DNA from: an uncultured bacterium
Lineage (GTDB): Bacteria; Babelota; Babeliae; Babelales; Vermiphilaceae
Length of the DNA stretch: 64,000 bases
NCBI GenBank assembly: GCA_963707655.1
Contig: OY970172.1
Coordinates: forward strand, 288,001 to 352,000
Reading direction: 5' to 3'
The translations under genes and the position numbers were made by a program. Below the pieces are notes generated by a model. The model worked only from the letters and a program-made list of their open reading frames with translations, was not told the origin of the DNA and did no database searches. Below, one piece after another: positions 55,650-64,000 of the stretch. Positions within the stretch are counted from its first letter, which is position 1. Every line of letters begins with the position of its first letter.

Positions 55650-57107
55650 GTGAATAAAATAAGAATATTGACCACCGTTTTGATTTCGGCTTGTGTTGCA
55701 TCGTTAGTTGTTTATCGTGTCGGATTACCAAAAAAGGGTATTACGGTAAACATGAATGAATTTCTTGCACGTGATCATGCCGGCAAGATTTATATTCCCA
55801 TCGCCGTTCTTGGATCGGGTCCTGCTGGAGCGAGTGCCGCAATTTATGGTGCGCGTTCAAACATGACAACGGTAGTGTTTCAGGGCAGCCGTCCCGGAGG
55901 GTTATTGACGCAGACTTCCGAGGTAGAAAATTGGCCCGGCATTCCCAAGCGCCAGGGACCGGTGATTATGCAATCTGTGCGTGAACAAGCGGAGCATTTT
56001 GGGGCGATTTTTATTGATGATACTATTGATAAAGTTGATCTTGCGCAATGGCCATTTGCGTTGCACACAGAGGGGGGCGACACCTACTATGCATTTTCTT
56101 TGGTGGTGGCAACGGGGGCAAATCCTACACTCCTGGGAGTGCCCGGTGAGCAAGAGCATTTTGGCATGGGGGTACATACCTGTGCAACGTGTGATGCCGC
56201 TTTTTACAAAGGTAAAGAGGTGTTTATAGTTGGCGGCGGGGATTCTGCCATCGAAGAAGCCACCCAGCTTTCCGGTTACGCTAAAAAGGTAACTATCTTG
56301 GTACGTAAAGATAAAATGCGTGCCGCTGAGAGTATGCAGGGTTTGCTGAAGGGTTATCCAACCATTTCTGTACAATACAATGTTGAAGTGAAAAAGGTTA
56401 TCGGTGATGGCAAAAAGGTTAACGCCGTTGAAATCTTTAACAATAAAGATCAGCAAACCAAAGAGGTTGCCATAGATGGGTTGTTCCTCGCCATAGGTCA
56501 TGAGCCGAATACCACCTTGTTCAAATCAAAACTAACCATGGATGGCAATGGGTTCCTGATTTTACAGGGAAGAACACAACACACCTCCAAAGAAGGGGTA
56601 TTTGCTGCGGGCGACTGCCACGACACCCAGTATCGTCAAGCAGGCACTGCGGCCGGATTTGGTATTGCGGCCGGGAAAGAAGCCGATGCTTTCTTAAAAG
56701 AAGTGATAGGGTTCAACGCAGAGGTGCAAGCCGCTTTGATTGACCGTATTTTTAAGCCAAAAAAGGCTGAGCAGTCTATGGTGACTACCATAGAAACGGC
56801 ACAGGAATTTGAGAAAGAAGTTTTAAAAAATGAGATGCCCGTTCTCATTGATTTTTATGCTAATTATTGTCCAACCTGCATGCAAATGTTGCCTACATAT
56901 GAACTGGTGGCCCAAGAATATGCCGATCGCATGAAATTTATCAAAGTGAATCATGAAACATCGGAATTGGCGAAGCAGTTAAATGTGGCAAAAGTGCCTT
57001 GTTTATTGGTTTATTATCAAGGGAAACAGATGGCGCAGATCTATAAAACGATGGGCAGAAAAGAACTTGTCGAATTTATTCAAAAATATCTTGTTCCTGC
57101 GCATTAA
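55650..57107 (+). CDS. trxB: Thioredoxin reductase fused to C-terminal thioredoxin, with N-terminal hydrophobic segment
   Basis: GSGPAG, VENWPG, CATCD, GGGDSA.EEA, GVFAAGD, YRQA; C-terminal DFYANYCPTC...VP. Confidence 0.92.
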   Translation: MNKIRILTTVLISACVASLVVYRVGLPKKGITVNMNEFLARDHAGKIYIPIAVLGSGPAGASAAIYGARSNMTTVVFQGSRPGGLLTQTSEVENWPGIPKRQGPVIMQSVREQAEHFGAIFIDDTIDKVDLAQWPFALHTEGGDTYYAFSLVVATGANPTLLGVPGEQEHFGMGVHTCATCDAAFYKGKEVFIVGGGDSAIEEATQLSGYAKKVTILVRKDKMRAAESMQGLLKGYPTISVQYNVEVKKVIGDGKKVNAVEIFNNKDQQTKEVAIDGLFLAIGHEPNTTLFKSKLTMDGNGFLILQGRTQHTSKEGVFAAGDCHDTQYRQAGTAAGFGIAAGKEADAFLKEVIGFNAEVQAALIDRIFKPKKAEQSMVTTIETAQEFEKEVLKNEMPVLIDFYANYCPTCMQMLPTYELVAQEYADRMKFIKVNHETSELAKQLNVAKVPCLLVYYQGKQMAQIYKTMGRKELVEFIQKYLVPAH

Positions 57108-57117
57108 TCTCTAGTTT

Positions 57118-57160
57118 TTATCCCCGGTTTGACGATTATATCGCCCCGGGGATAATTTTT
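57118..57160 (+). terminator. Hairpin downstream of trxB
   Basis: TTATCCCCGG...CCGGGGATAA followed by a T-run. Confidence 0.55.
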
Positions 57161-57255
57161 TTATAAAAATATTGCAGATTGAAATGTTTTAATGATAGTA
57201 TTTTATTAAGACTAACAGAACAAGGGTAGAAAAACTAAAAAAGTAAGGAACTATT

Positions 57256-58365
57256 ATGAAATGCAGATCGTCATCTAAGGGTTTTGTGCTTGTTTGCACG
57301 CTTTTGGTGGTGGTTGGCCTGGTTCGTTCCCGCTTTATTCATTCTAATAACGATCAATTACATAAGCGCATTCAGCGACGAGAGTGCTCCTCTTATTTAA
57401 GCTACAATTCATATGGCGCGGTGGTTGATTCTTCGACCGACTATGCTCCGGGAGCAACTATTGAAAAAATCGTATTATTTCCCCAAAAAGATTCTTGTTG
57501 CCAGGAGCAATGTTTTGAGCGGAACGGCATACTAATTCGTTATCCACAGGCAGAAGCGACCATTCTTATGTGTCACGGTTTTATGTGCGATAAATTTGAT
57601 GTTGGTTTGTTGCGGCTCATGTTTGGACAGGGAAAATATAATATCATGACTTTTGATTTTCGCGCCCACGGAGAAGAAATTGATTGTCAAAAATGCACTT
57701 TGGGACGCGATGAGGCATATGATGTGATTGCGGCAGCTCGCTTTCTTAAAGAGCATGAGGGAATCAAAGATAAACCACTTCTTGTCTATGGATTTTCTAT
57801 GGGGGCGGTTGCGGCTATAGAAGCCCAGGCAAAGGATCCTTTATTTAAAGCAATGATTCTTGATTGTCCTTTTGATTCCAGTGAACGAGTTTTGCGACAT
57901 AATCTTGGCAATATAAAGTTTTCATTAATGGGATACGAGTTTACTATGCCGGGTAATAATTTGTTGCAGCGCTATGTATTGCATCCTCATGTGCAGTCTG
58001 GGATAAAGTTTATTTTAAAAACAGTGGCGCATTTACGCTTCAAAGATATAAAATTGCAAATTCCTCGGTTCCAGCCGGCAGAATCAATAAAAAACATTTC
58101 TGTTCCCTGTTTCTTTATTCATTGTAAAAATGATGAAACGGTGCCGCTGGATGCAATTAAATCGGTGTATGAAGGTGCACAAGGATATAAAAAATTATGG
58201 CTCACTCACGGACGGCGTCATTATGATTCCTGTTTTTACAATCCCGAGCAATACGTTGCCCGCGTGAGAAGCTTTATTTCTCAGATATTATCAGACTCTT
58301 TAGATGCCTCTGCTGCGGGAATTTCTGAAGATACTAATGATTTATTTGCGATGGATACAAACTGA
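57256..58365 (+). CDS. Alpha/beta hydrolase
   Basis: CHGF, FDFRAHGE, GFSMG nucleophile elbow, IH...DETVP, His near C-terminus. Confidence 0.88.
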   Translation: MKCRSSSKGFVLVCTLLVVVGLVRSRFIHSNNDQLHKRIQRRECSSYLSYNSYGAVVDSSTDYAPGATIEKIVLFPQKDSCCQEQCFERNGILIRYPQAEATILMCHGFMCDKFDVGLLRLMFGQGKYNIMTFDFRAHGEEIDCQKCTLGRDEAYDVIAAARFLKEHEGIKDKPLLVYGFSMGAVAAIEAQAKDPLFKAMILDCPFDSSERVLRHNLGNIKFSLMGYEFTMPGNNLLQRYVLHPHVQSGIKFILKTVAHLRFKDIKLQIPRFQPAESIKNISVPCFFIHCKNDETVPLDAIKSVYEGAQGYKKLWLTHGRRHYDSCFYNPEQYVARVRSFISQILSDSLDASAAGISEDTNDLFAMDTN

Positions 58366-58458
58366 GTAAAATATTCATCGATGAATTAGCGGAAGATGAA
58401 TTTTTTTATCAATCCATTATACTGCTTTAAAACTACAATTTTTACAAAGGGGTATATT

Positions 58459-59970
58459 GTGATTGATATTCAGATTAGTGAAAAACCAATCTTGCAACAT
58501 ACAACGCGCTGCCGCGTGCTTATTGTTGAGCAAGATTTTGATTTTGATACGGTACTCAAGCCGCTCGTCCAAGACTTACCCATATCGGTACATGCTATTA
58601 TTAAAGAGGCTCATTTTACCGGCAAGTTAATGAGCAGCGTCTTTGTTCCGATAGTAAATAATGAGACAGTTTCCTATCTTGTGTGTATCGGAATCGGCAA
58701 ACGTGATGGGAAAAAGCCGCTGTCAATTGAAACATATCGCCGTGTGGTCGGCAAAATAATTCGTATTGCCGAGCAGCATAAATGGCACACCGTTTCATTG
58801 CAACTGCCGCCATCAGCATGGTTCGGGGTTAATGATCTGTACATGGCACAACAAACAGCGGAAATAGCAAAAATCGCTGCATATAATTTTGATCAATATA
58901 TCACCGATCATGAGCGCAAAAGTCACCTTAAAGAGCTTGTTATTGCTTCCCACGGTTATGAAAAACGTTCACTAGAAGACGGCATACTGCAAGGCAGACA
59001 AGTTGCTCATGCGGTGAATCAGGCGCGTCATTGGGTTGATTTGCCTCCTATTGCGTTGCATCCGCAAGAAATGGTTTCTCTTGCGCAGGGTATTGCAAAA
59101 GAGAACAATCTCAAAATTACGATATTTAATGAAAAACAAATTAACGAAATGGGAATGGGTGGTCTGAGCGCTGTCTCCAGTGGCTCTGAACGTGACGCGC
59201 AATTTATTATTCTTGAATATAATTGTGGTGACAAAAATGCACCGACTTTAGGTTTTGTGGGCAAAGGTATTACTTTTGATTCGGGCGGATTGAGTTTGAA
59301 ACCGGCTGAATCAATGGAAACAATGAAAGATGATATGGCCGGCGCAGCTGCGGTGCTGGCATCACTGGATGTTATTGCCAAACAAAAAGCACCGGTGAGT
59401 GTTATTGGTTTTATGCCACTTTCAGAAAACTTGCCCAGTGGTAAGGCAATTAAGCCGGGCGACATAGTAACTTTCTATAATGGAAAAACTGCAGAAATTA
59501 AAAATACCGATGCAGAAGGTCGCTTAATATTGGCCGATGCACTTTCATACGCAGAAAAAAACTACAAGCTTGACGCTATAGTTGATCTCGCAACGCTTAC
59601 CGGCGCTTGCGCGTACGCACTGGGGCCCTATTTCAGCGGACTGATGAGCAAGGATGAAGAAATAGTCAGCAAGTTAATGCACGCATCCCAAATCTCGGGC
59701 GACACGCTCTGGCGTTTGCCTTTGACTGATGATTATCTCCCCGCGATAAAATCACCGGTTGCCGATATTGCAAATATTGGGAGCAAGCGTTATATGGCAG
59801 GTGCTATTACTGCCGGATTGTTTTTAGCACACTTTGTTGAAAAAACACCGTGGGCTCACATAGACATAGCAGGAAGTGCATTTAATGTTCCCGATCTCTC
59901 TTACTATCGAAATGAGGGTGCAACCGGAGTCGGCGTTCGGCTCTTGGTTCAATTGGCAATGAATTGGTAA
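58459..59970 (+). CDS. pepA: Leucyl aminopeptidase (M17)
   Basis: VGKGITFDSGG, MKDDMAGAA, NTDAEGRLILADAL, DLATLTGA, WAHIDIAG; GTG start after AAGGGG assumed. Confidence 0.95.
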   Translation: MIDIQISEKPILQHTTRCRVLIVEQDFDFDTVLKPLVQDLPISVHAIIKEAHFTGKLMSSVFVPIVNNETVSYLVCIGIGKRDGKKPLSIETYRRVVGKIIRIAEQHKWHTVSLQLPPSAWFGVNDLYMAQQTAEIAKIAAYNFDQYITDHERKSHLKELVIASHGYEKRSLEDGILQGRQVAHAVNQARHWVDLPPIALHPQEMVSLAQGIAKENNLKITIFNEKQINEMGMGGLSAVSSGSERDAQFIILEYNCGDKNAPTLGFVGKGITFDSGGLSLKPAESMETMKDDMAGAAAVLASLDVIAKQKAPVSVIGFMPLSENLPSGKAIKPGDIVTFYNGKTAEIKNTDAEGRLILADALSYAEKNYKLDAIVDLATLTGACAYALGPYFSGLMSKDEEIVSKLMHASQISGDTLWRLPLTDDYLPAIKSPVADIANIGSKRYMAGAITAGLFLAHFVEKTPWAHIDIAGSAFNVPDLSYYRNEGATGVGVRLLVQLAMNW

Positions 59971-60001
59971 CAATCTCATTCAAAAATGAAATATTTCGCT
60001 G

Positions 60002-60042
60002 TAGACAATAATATTCTTGAATTTAAAGAATATTATTGTCTA
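60002..60042. promoter_or_regulatory. 17-bp AT-rich inverted repeat (operator-like or terminator)
   Basis: TAGACAATAATATTCTT-7 nt-AAGAATATTATTGTCTA. Confidence 0.45.
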
Positions 60043-60089
60043 TATCAGAATAAGATACTGTTTTTTAATCCATTGTTAAGAGGAGTTGT

Positions 60090-60317
60090 ATGAAGCATCA
60101 TTTAAAACATATTAATAAGCATGATATTGCTAAAGTATTGGTTGGTTTTTCTGCCAGCGAAATTATTTCTCATCTTGTGCTTGGCGTTAGCGGTTTTTTT
60201 GCAAAATTACAAGCGCTTGGCTTGCCGGTGAGTCCTTCACTCAATATAGTAATGCTCGTTATCTGGGCCGTTGTGGGTGTGGGTTCAGCTCACTATGCAT
60301 GGTTTAAGAAAAAATAA
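60090..60317 (+). CDS. Small two-TM membrane protein
   Basis: AGGAG RBS; 75 aa; two hydrophobic helices. Confidence 0.7.
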   Translation: MKHHLKHINKHDIAKVLVGFSASEIISHLVLGVSGFFAKLQALGLPVSPSLNIVMLVIWAVVGVGSAHYAWFKKK

Positions 60318-60329
60318 AGAAGAACTTCT

Positions 60330-60375
60330 AAAAAATGAAAGCGCATGTTATCGATAACATGCGCTTTCATTTTTT
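60330..60375. terminator. Bidirectional terminator (46-bp perfect palindrome)
   Basis: AAAAAATGAAAGCGCATGTTATC|GATAACATGCGCTTTCATTTTTT. Confidence 0.8.
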
Positions 60376-61155
60376 TTATTTTTCCACCGCTTGGGTAAAG
60401 TTGCTGGTGAATGAATCAAATTCTAAATCAAGCTCATTCATATATTTTTCTTTCCATGCGCCCAGAGACACGGGAAAATGAGGGAGCGCCAGTGTGAGCA
60501 TTGCCTGCGCATAGCGTCTGATCTCATATTGTGCTCCTGCATGTAAACGTAGGCGTAAAAAATGCATGAGTGAATGAAGATTGCAGGTAAAAATAAATTG
60601 TGTGTAGGTGCATGTCGGTAAGATGCCGCGTGCAATTTCTCTGCCAATACCGGCATTTAACAACTGTTCATATACCTGAGTTGCCTTTTCAATCGCTTCT
60701 TTGTAAGAGGCGGTTAATTGGGCGTCATCAAATGAGCCGATTGAAGCTTGCTTGTTTTTGGTGTCTTGCGAGCGCCATTTTGGGGGCAAGTAAAATTCGA
60801 GAGGTGCTTTCACATACCGATAACTTATTTCATTATAAGAATTCATGCGATGGCGCATCCATTGGCGCCCCACGAAAAGGGGACATTTTACCCGAAAAGA
60901 AAATTGATTGTGCTCAAATGGACTGGTGTGTGAATGATCCATCAAAAATTTTATTAGCCCAACATCGCGATCAGAAATTTCTTTTACAAATTTGCCGTAT
61001 GAAACGCGTGCTGCATTTACCACGTCAACATCAGAGCCGGAAACACGCACCAATTCAATGGAACTTATGCCATCGCCTAGTGGGTCAATCTGTTGCTCGA
61101 TTGACGGTATTTCTTCATTAATATAAGACGTTTTTAGCCTGCTTTGTTCTAGCAT
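60376..61155 (-). CDS. thyX: FAD-dependent thymidylate synthase
   Basis: NAARVSY, HTSPFEH, RQWMRHR..SYNEISYRY, REIARGILP, LRL...AQYEIR. Confidence 0.96.
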   Translation of the reverse strand: MLEQSRLKTSYINEEIPSIEQQIDPLGDGISSIELVRVSGSDVDVVNAARVSYGKFVKEISDRDVGLIKFLMDHSHTSPFEHNQFSFRVKCPLFVGRQWMRHRMNSYNEISYRYVKAPLEFYLPPKWRSQDTKNKQASIGSFDDAQLTASYKEAIEKATQVYEQLLNAGIGREIARGILPTCTYTQFIFTCNLHSLMHFLRLRLHAGAQYEIRRYAQAMLTLALPHFPVSLGAWKEKYMNELDLEFDSFTSNFTQAVEK

Positions 61156-61319
61156 AAATAATCCTTAAAAACATTTTTTTTACCTATGATTACCGTACTT
61201 TTTTTTGCTTGTTTTGTATAGCAGAAAAAGTGTGAGCCGTTGCAACATAGTAATACGTTTCTCTGGCTTTATAATACGATACATAACAAGGAGTGGCAAC
61301 AGGCGAGTGGGGTCTTTGA

Positions 61320-61838
61320 TTATTGCATGTTATCGCTTGATGCTGCTTGAGGCTTTGCCAGTGAAAACGAATGGCTTTTTGTTTTTTGAGAAGTCTCGCA
61401 AGCGCTGTTATGAGATTGATTGCTGAGTTTTTGCGACACAGTAGACAAGAGAAATGAGTTGACCACGCATCCGGCATTGGCCCATTCGCCAATATCTTCA
61501 TCGGAATCGCTATAAGAAGCATAATCTTGGAGGGCTCCCTGATTTTTTTCATCGTCAGCAGAAGGGTCATCCTCCGCGTGTGATTCTTGAATAGTTTGCG
61601 GGATGCTCAGTTTTTTGAATGGTGTTAGCTCTGTTCTGTGCCGATGCGCCACATGCCCAAAAACCTTTTTGAGTGCTATTATCTGTTCTTGGGCTTCAGG
61701 GCTGTTGCCATTTAGTTGTGCAAGTATATCCGTTGCTGTTGCCGCTTGGCTCGCAGAGCTGGCAAGTGCGGGCGCACGCTGCTCGGCCGCGTGTAGCCAG
61801 AAGCTGATAAAAAGAATGAAAACTATATTTTTTTTCAT
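61320..61838 (-). CDS. Secreted low-complexity hypothetical protein
   Basis: Signal MKKNIVFILFISFWLHA-AEQ; acidic/Ser-rich tract. Confidence 0.6.
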   Translation of the reverse strand: MKKNIVFILFISFWLHAAEQRAPALASSASQAATATDILAQLNGNSPEAQEQIIALKKVFGHVAHRHRTELTPFKKLSIPQTIQESHAEDDPSADDEKNQGALQDYASYSDSDEDIGEWANAGCVVNSFLLSTVSQKLSNQSHNSACETSQKTKSHSFSLAKPQAASSDNMQ

Positions 61839-62169
61839 GGGCAACGGCTCTATCCTGTTGTGTGTTCAAAAAACTTTTACAAAGATTTTTTTATGGTATA
61901 AAAAACAGGGTCAAAAAGCACTACTTGTAAAAAAGATCACGCTGTTTGTAGCTGCTTGAACCCTCGTGGATAATGATATGCTTTGGTGGAATAAATGCAA
62001 GCGTGTCGGTATTTTTTCTTGCATTCATGGACGCCTTTTGTTCATTCTGTTAGGATTATTGCTAATAAAAATTCAATTGTGTTCAATGTCTCAGTACGCC
62101 TGTTTAAAGGCGTTGGGGCATCGGCAGACAATAACTCCCCAAAAAGTATAAAAATATATGGAGAAATTT

Positions 62170-63042
62170 ATGAATATTAAAATAAGTTTTTTGGTAATTT
62201 TATGTGTTGTGTGCAATGAAGCTATGGACGGACGATTGCTACCGCCAGCGCACGCCGGAATAGCACCTATAGTGATGCGACCTCCCGCTGCGCCGTACTA
62301 CTGGCACACTGTGGTAAGACCGATTCCGATGAGGCACTTGAGATCGCAATTTTTGCACGCTGCTACCGGGTTGCCGACATCATTGAGGTCGCGCATGGCT
62401 ATTAATAATCCAGTGCAACTGACGCCAGGTTATTCTGCTTTTGTACGATTGACCCATTCTGCCCCCGCGCTTTCTCGCGCTGCAGCACGCGTTGTTGTGC
62501 CCGCTCGCTCTTTCAGCGCCTTACCGCTGCCGCAAGAAAGCGGCGTTACTTTCACCAATTCCTCTCTTGAGTTGACCAGAGCAGAGCTCGAAGCGCTCAG
62601 TGGCCTTGCGGGAATGAACAAAGTGCGCCATGGCATGAAAAAAGTTAGAGCGAGTTCATTGCCGAAACGGGCTCAAATTTTAATGTCTGACTCTGACTGC
62701 GACGAATTTTGCTCGCCGGAATTAGTACGGCATGAGTTACCGCCATTGGATGAGGATAACTGGAGTGTCACACTGGTTAAGAGACGCTTGCGATACACGT
62801 GCAAGTTTTGCGATGTTGTTTGTATGGACCTTTTCCATGCAGAGTGTCACGCATCGAGTAATAAGCATCGGAAAAACTTTAATCTTCCATTATCAGCATG
62901 GAACGAAAAAACATATCGGTGTACGCCGTGCCGGTATGGATCTATAGAGTCGCAACCAATGAGACAACATCTGAAAACCCCCGAGCACAAGAACGCCAAG
63001 CGTAAAGCAAAGAAAGCGAATGAAAATTTTGTGCAGAATTGA
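62170..63042 (+). CDS. Secreted protein with two C-terminal C2H2 (matrin/JAZ-like) zinc fingers
   Basis: GGAGA RBS; signal ending CNEA-MDG; YTCKFCDV...HASSNKH; YRCTPCRY...HLKTPEH; basic tail KRKAKK. Confidence 0.72.
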   Translation: MNIKISFLVILCVVCNEAMDGRLLPPAHAGIAPIVMRPPAAPYYWHTVVRPIPMRHLRSQFLHAATGLPTSLRSRMAINNPVQLTPGYSAFVRLTHSAPALSRAAARVVVPARSFSALPLPQESGVTFTNSSLELTRAELEALSGLAGMNKVRHGMKKVRASSLPKRAQILMSDSDCDEFCSPELVRHELPPLDEDNWSVTLVKRRLRYTCKFCDVVCMDLFHAECHASSNKHRKNFNLPLSAWNEKTYRCTPCRYGSIESQPMRQHLKTPEHKNAKRKAKKANENFVQN

Positions 63043-63124
63043 GACGCTCGACTAAAAAAAATCGAGTTGCGTGTTCATATCGATAACATCGATACAGATC
63101 AGGATGTTGTGCATTTTGTTGGCA

Positions 63125-64000
63125 CTATAGTGTCTTTTTGTCATTGCGTACCATATTCATGATAAGGCCGATTATTATTAAATTACACATTAAGGCACTA
63201 TTGCCATAACTGATGAATGGCAAGCCAATTCCTTTTGTTGGCGCAAGGCCGGTGGCTACTGCAATGTTAATTCCCGTTTCAAGGCCTATAAGAGTAATAA
63301 AACCGGTAGTTGCAAAGAATGAGAATTGATCATTAAGATGTGCCGCTATGCGCAGCCCAAAATAGAGCAACAAGATAAATAATATAATAATGGTGCACGA
63401 GCCGACAAAACCTGTCTCTTCAGCGATTATGGAAAAAATAAAATCGGTATGTTGCATAGGCAAGTAAAAAAACTTTTGTTTTGATTGTCCAACGCCAACA
63501 CCCCAAAAACCACCCGAGCCAATAGCAATTAATGATTGAATAATCTGAAAACCGCTCCCTTGTGGATCGTTCCATGGATTCAAAAAAGAAAGAATTCTGT
63601 TCAAGCGATAAGGACGCATGATAACAAGTATGATGAGTGCCGGTAATGATGCCGCGATGGTGCCGGCCAGATAGGTAAGGGGGATGTGAGCGATAAAAAG
63701 CATAATCCCTGCTGTTACAAGCAGCGTGACCGTTAGGCCAAAATCAGGTTGTTTAAGCAGAATAAGGCTCACGATTCCCATGATCATTAAGAATGGTAGA
63801 TAGCAGTGAGTAAAAGATTTTTTTTTGAATTCTTTTTTGGTTAAGAATGAAGCCAGGTAGAGAATAAGGCCAATTTTTAATAATTCACTGGGCTGAAATG
63901 AAAATCCGGCTATGCCTAACCAGCGGCTTGAGCCGTGAATGTGATGTGACAGTCCGGGAACAAGTGTCAGCGCGGTGAGTAATAAGCTGCCTATAAAAGC
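63125..64000 (-). CDS. ftsW: FtsW/RodA (SEDS) family protein, partial (5' end beyond window)
   Basis: GSSRWL, FQPSELLK, KQPDFG, FLNPW.DP.GSGFQ, GSGG..G.G.GQS.QK..YLP..HTDFIF, LPFISYG. Confidence 0.9.
   Translation of the reverse strand, partial: AFIGSLLLTALTLVPGLSHHIHGSSRWLGIAGFSFQPSELLKIGLILYLASFLTKKEFKKKSFTHCYLPFLMIMGIVSLILLKQPDFGLTVTLLVTAGIMLFIAHIPLTYLAGTIAASLPALIILVIMRPYRLNRILSFLNPWNDPQGSGFQIIQSLIAIGSGGFWGVGVGQSKQKFFYLPMQHTDFIFSIIAEETGFVGSCTIIILFILLLYFGLRIAAHLNDQFSFFATTGFITLIGLETGINIAVATGLAPTKGIGLPFISYGNSALMCNLIIIGLIMNMVRNDKKTL

Noticed and set aside
55902..56501. 199-aa antisense ORF inside trxB, and similar shadow ORFs in uvrA, mutS, rplU, ktrA, pepA and thyX
   Set aside because: They fully overlap well-supported genes on the opposite strand or frame and have no recognisable motifs
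57540..57548. Perfect DnaA box TTATCCACA
   Set aside because: Isolated and inside a coding sequence; expected by chance
60071..60092. Similarity of CATTGTTAAGAGGAGTTG to the 52-bp repeat at 36932/37617
   Set aside because: Short and centred on the Shine-Dalgarno sequence; plausibly chance

Overview
This is a 64-kb, AT-rich bacterial chromosome segment (standard genetic code). Its gene content points to an intracellular protist parasite, most consistent with Ca. Dependentiae/Babelota (TM6); this is inferred from the Npt/TLC nucleotide translocase, tandem ankyrin genes and many Sec-signal hypothetical proteins, not from a marker gene. Housekeeping genes include uvrA, mutS, ppa, rplU, ktrAB, glyQS, an HtrA-like protease, tlyA, dnaA, lolC/E-like, rpiB, a trxB-Trx fusion, pepA, thyX and a partial ftsW. 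There are four tRNAs: Pro-TGG, His-GTG, Arg-TCG and Arg-CCT. The most striking structure is the accessory region starting at tRNA-Arg(TCG), about 24.2-31.2 kb. It contains repeated copies of a tRNA-Arg 3' end, and a family of bulged palindromes found only next to tRNAs and inside this region. A ~500-bp unit carrying a small GIY-YIG endonuclease lies between two repeats (R1, R2) that are nearly contiguous 3 kb downstream, giving a filled and an empty site in the same window. An ORF-less homolog of the unit's left end follows the real tRNA. This suggests a GIY-YIG-driven, tRNA-targeting REP/MITE-like mobile system. The region also holds a secreted Ntox17-like polymorphic toxin with its immunity gene and a three-gene RelE module. 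Candidate host-directed effectors include a PLD/Nuc nuclease with NLS-like and SIM-like motifs, two secreted C2H2 zinc-finger proteins, ankyrin proteins with a BC-box-like N-terminus, a kinase-like protein and a clan-CD-like protease. All family assignments come from motif recognition by eye; no database searches were run.
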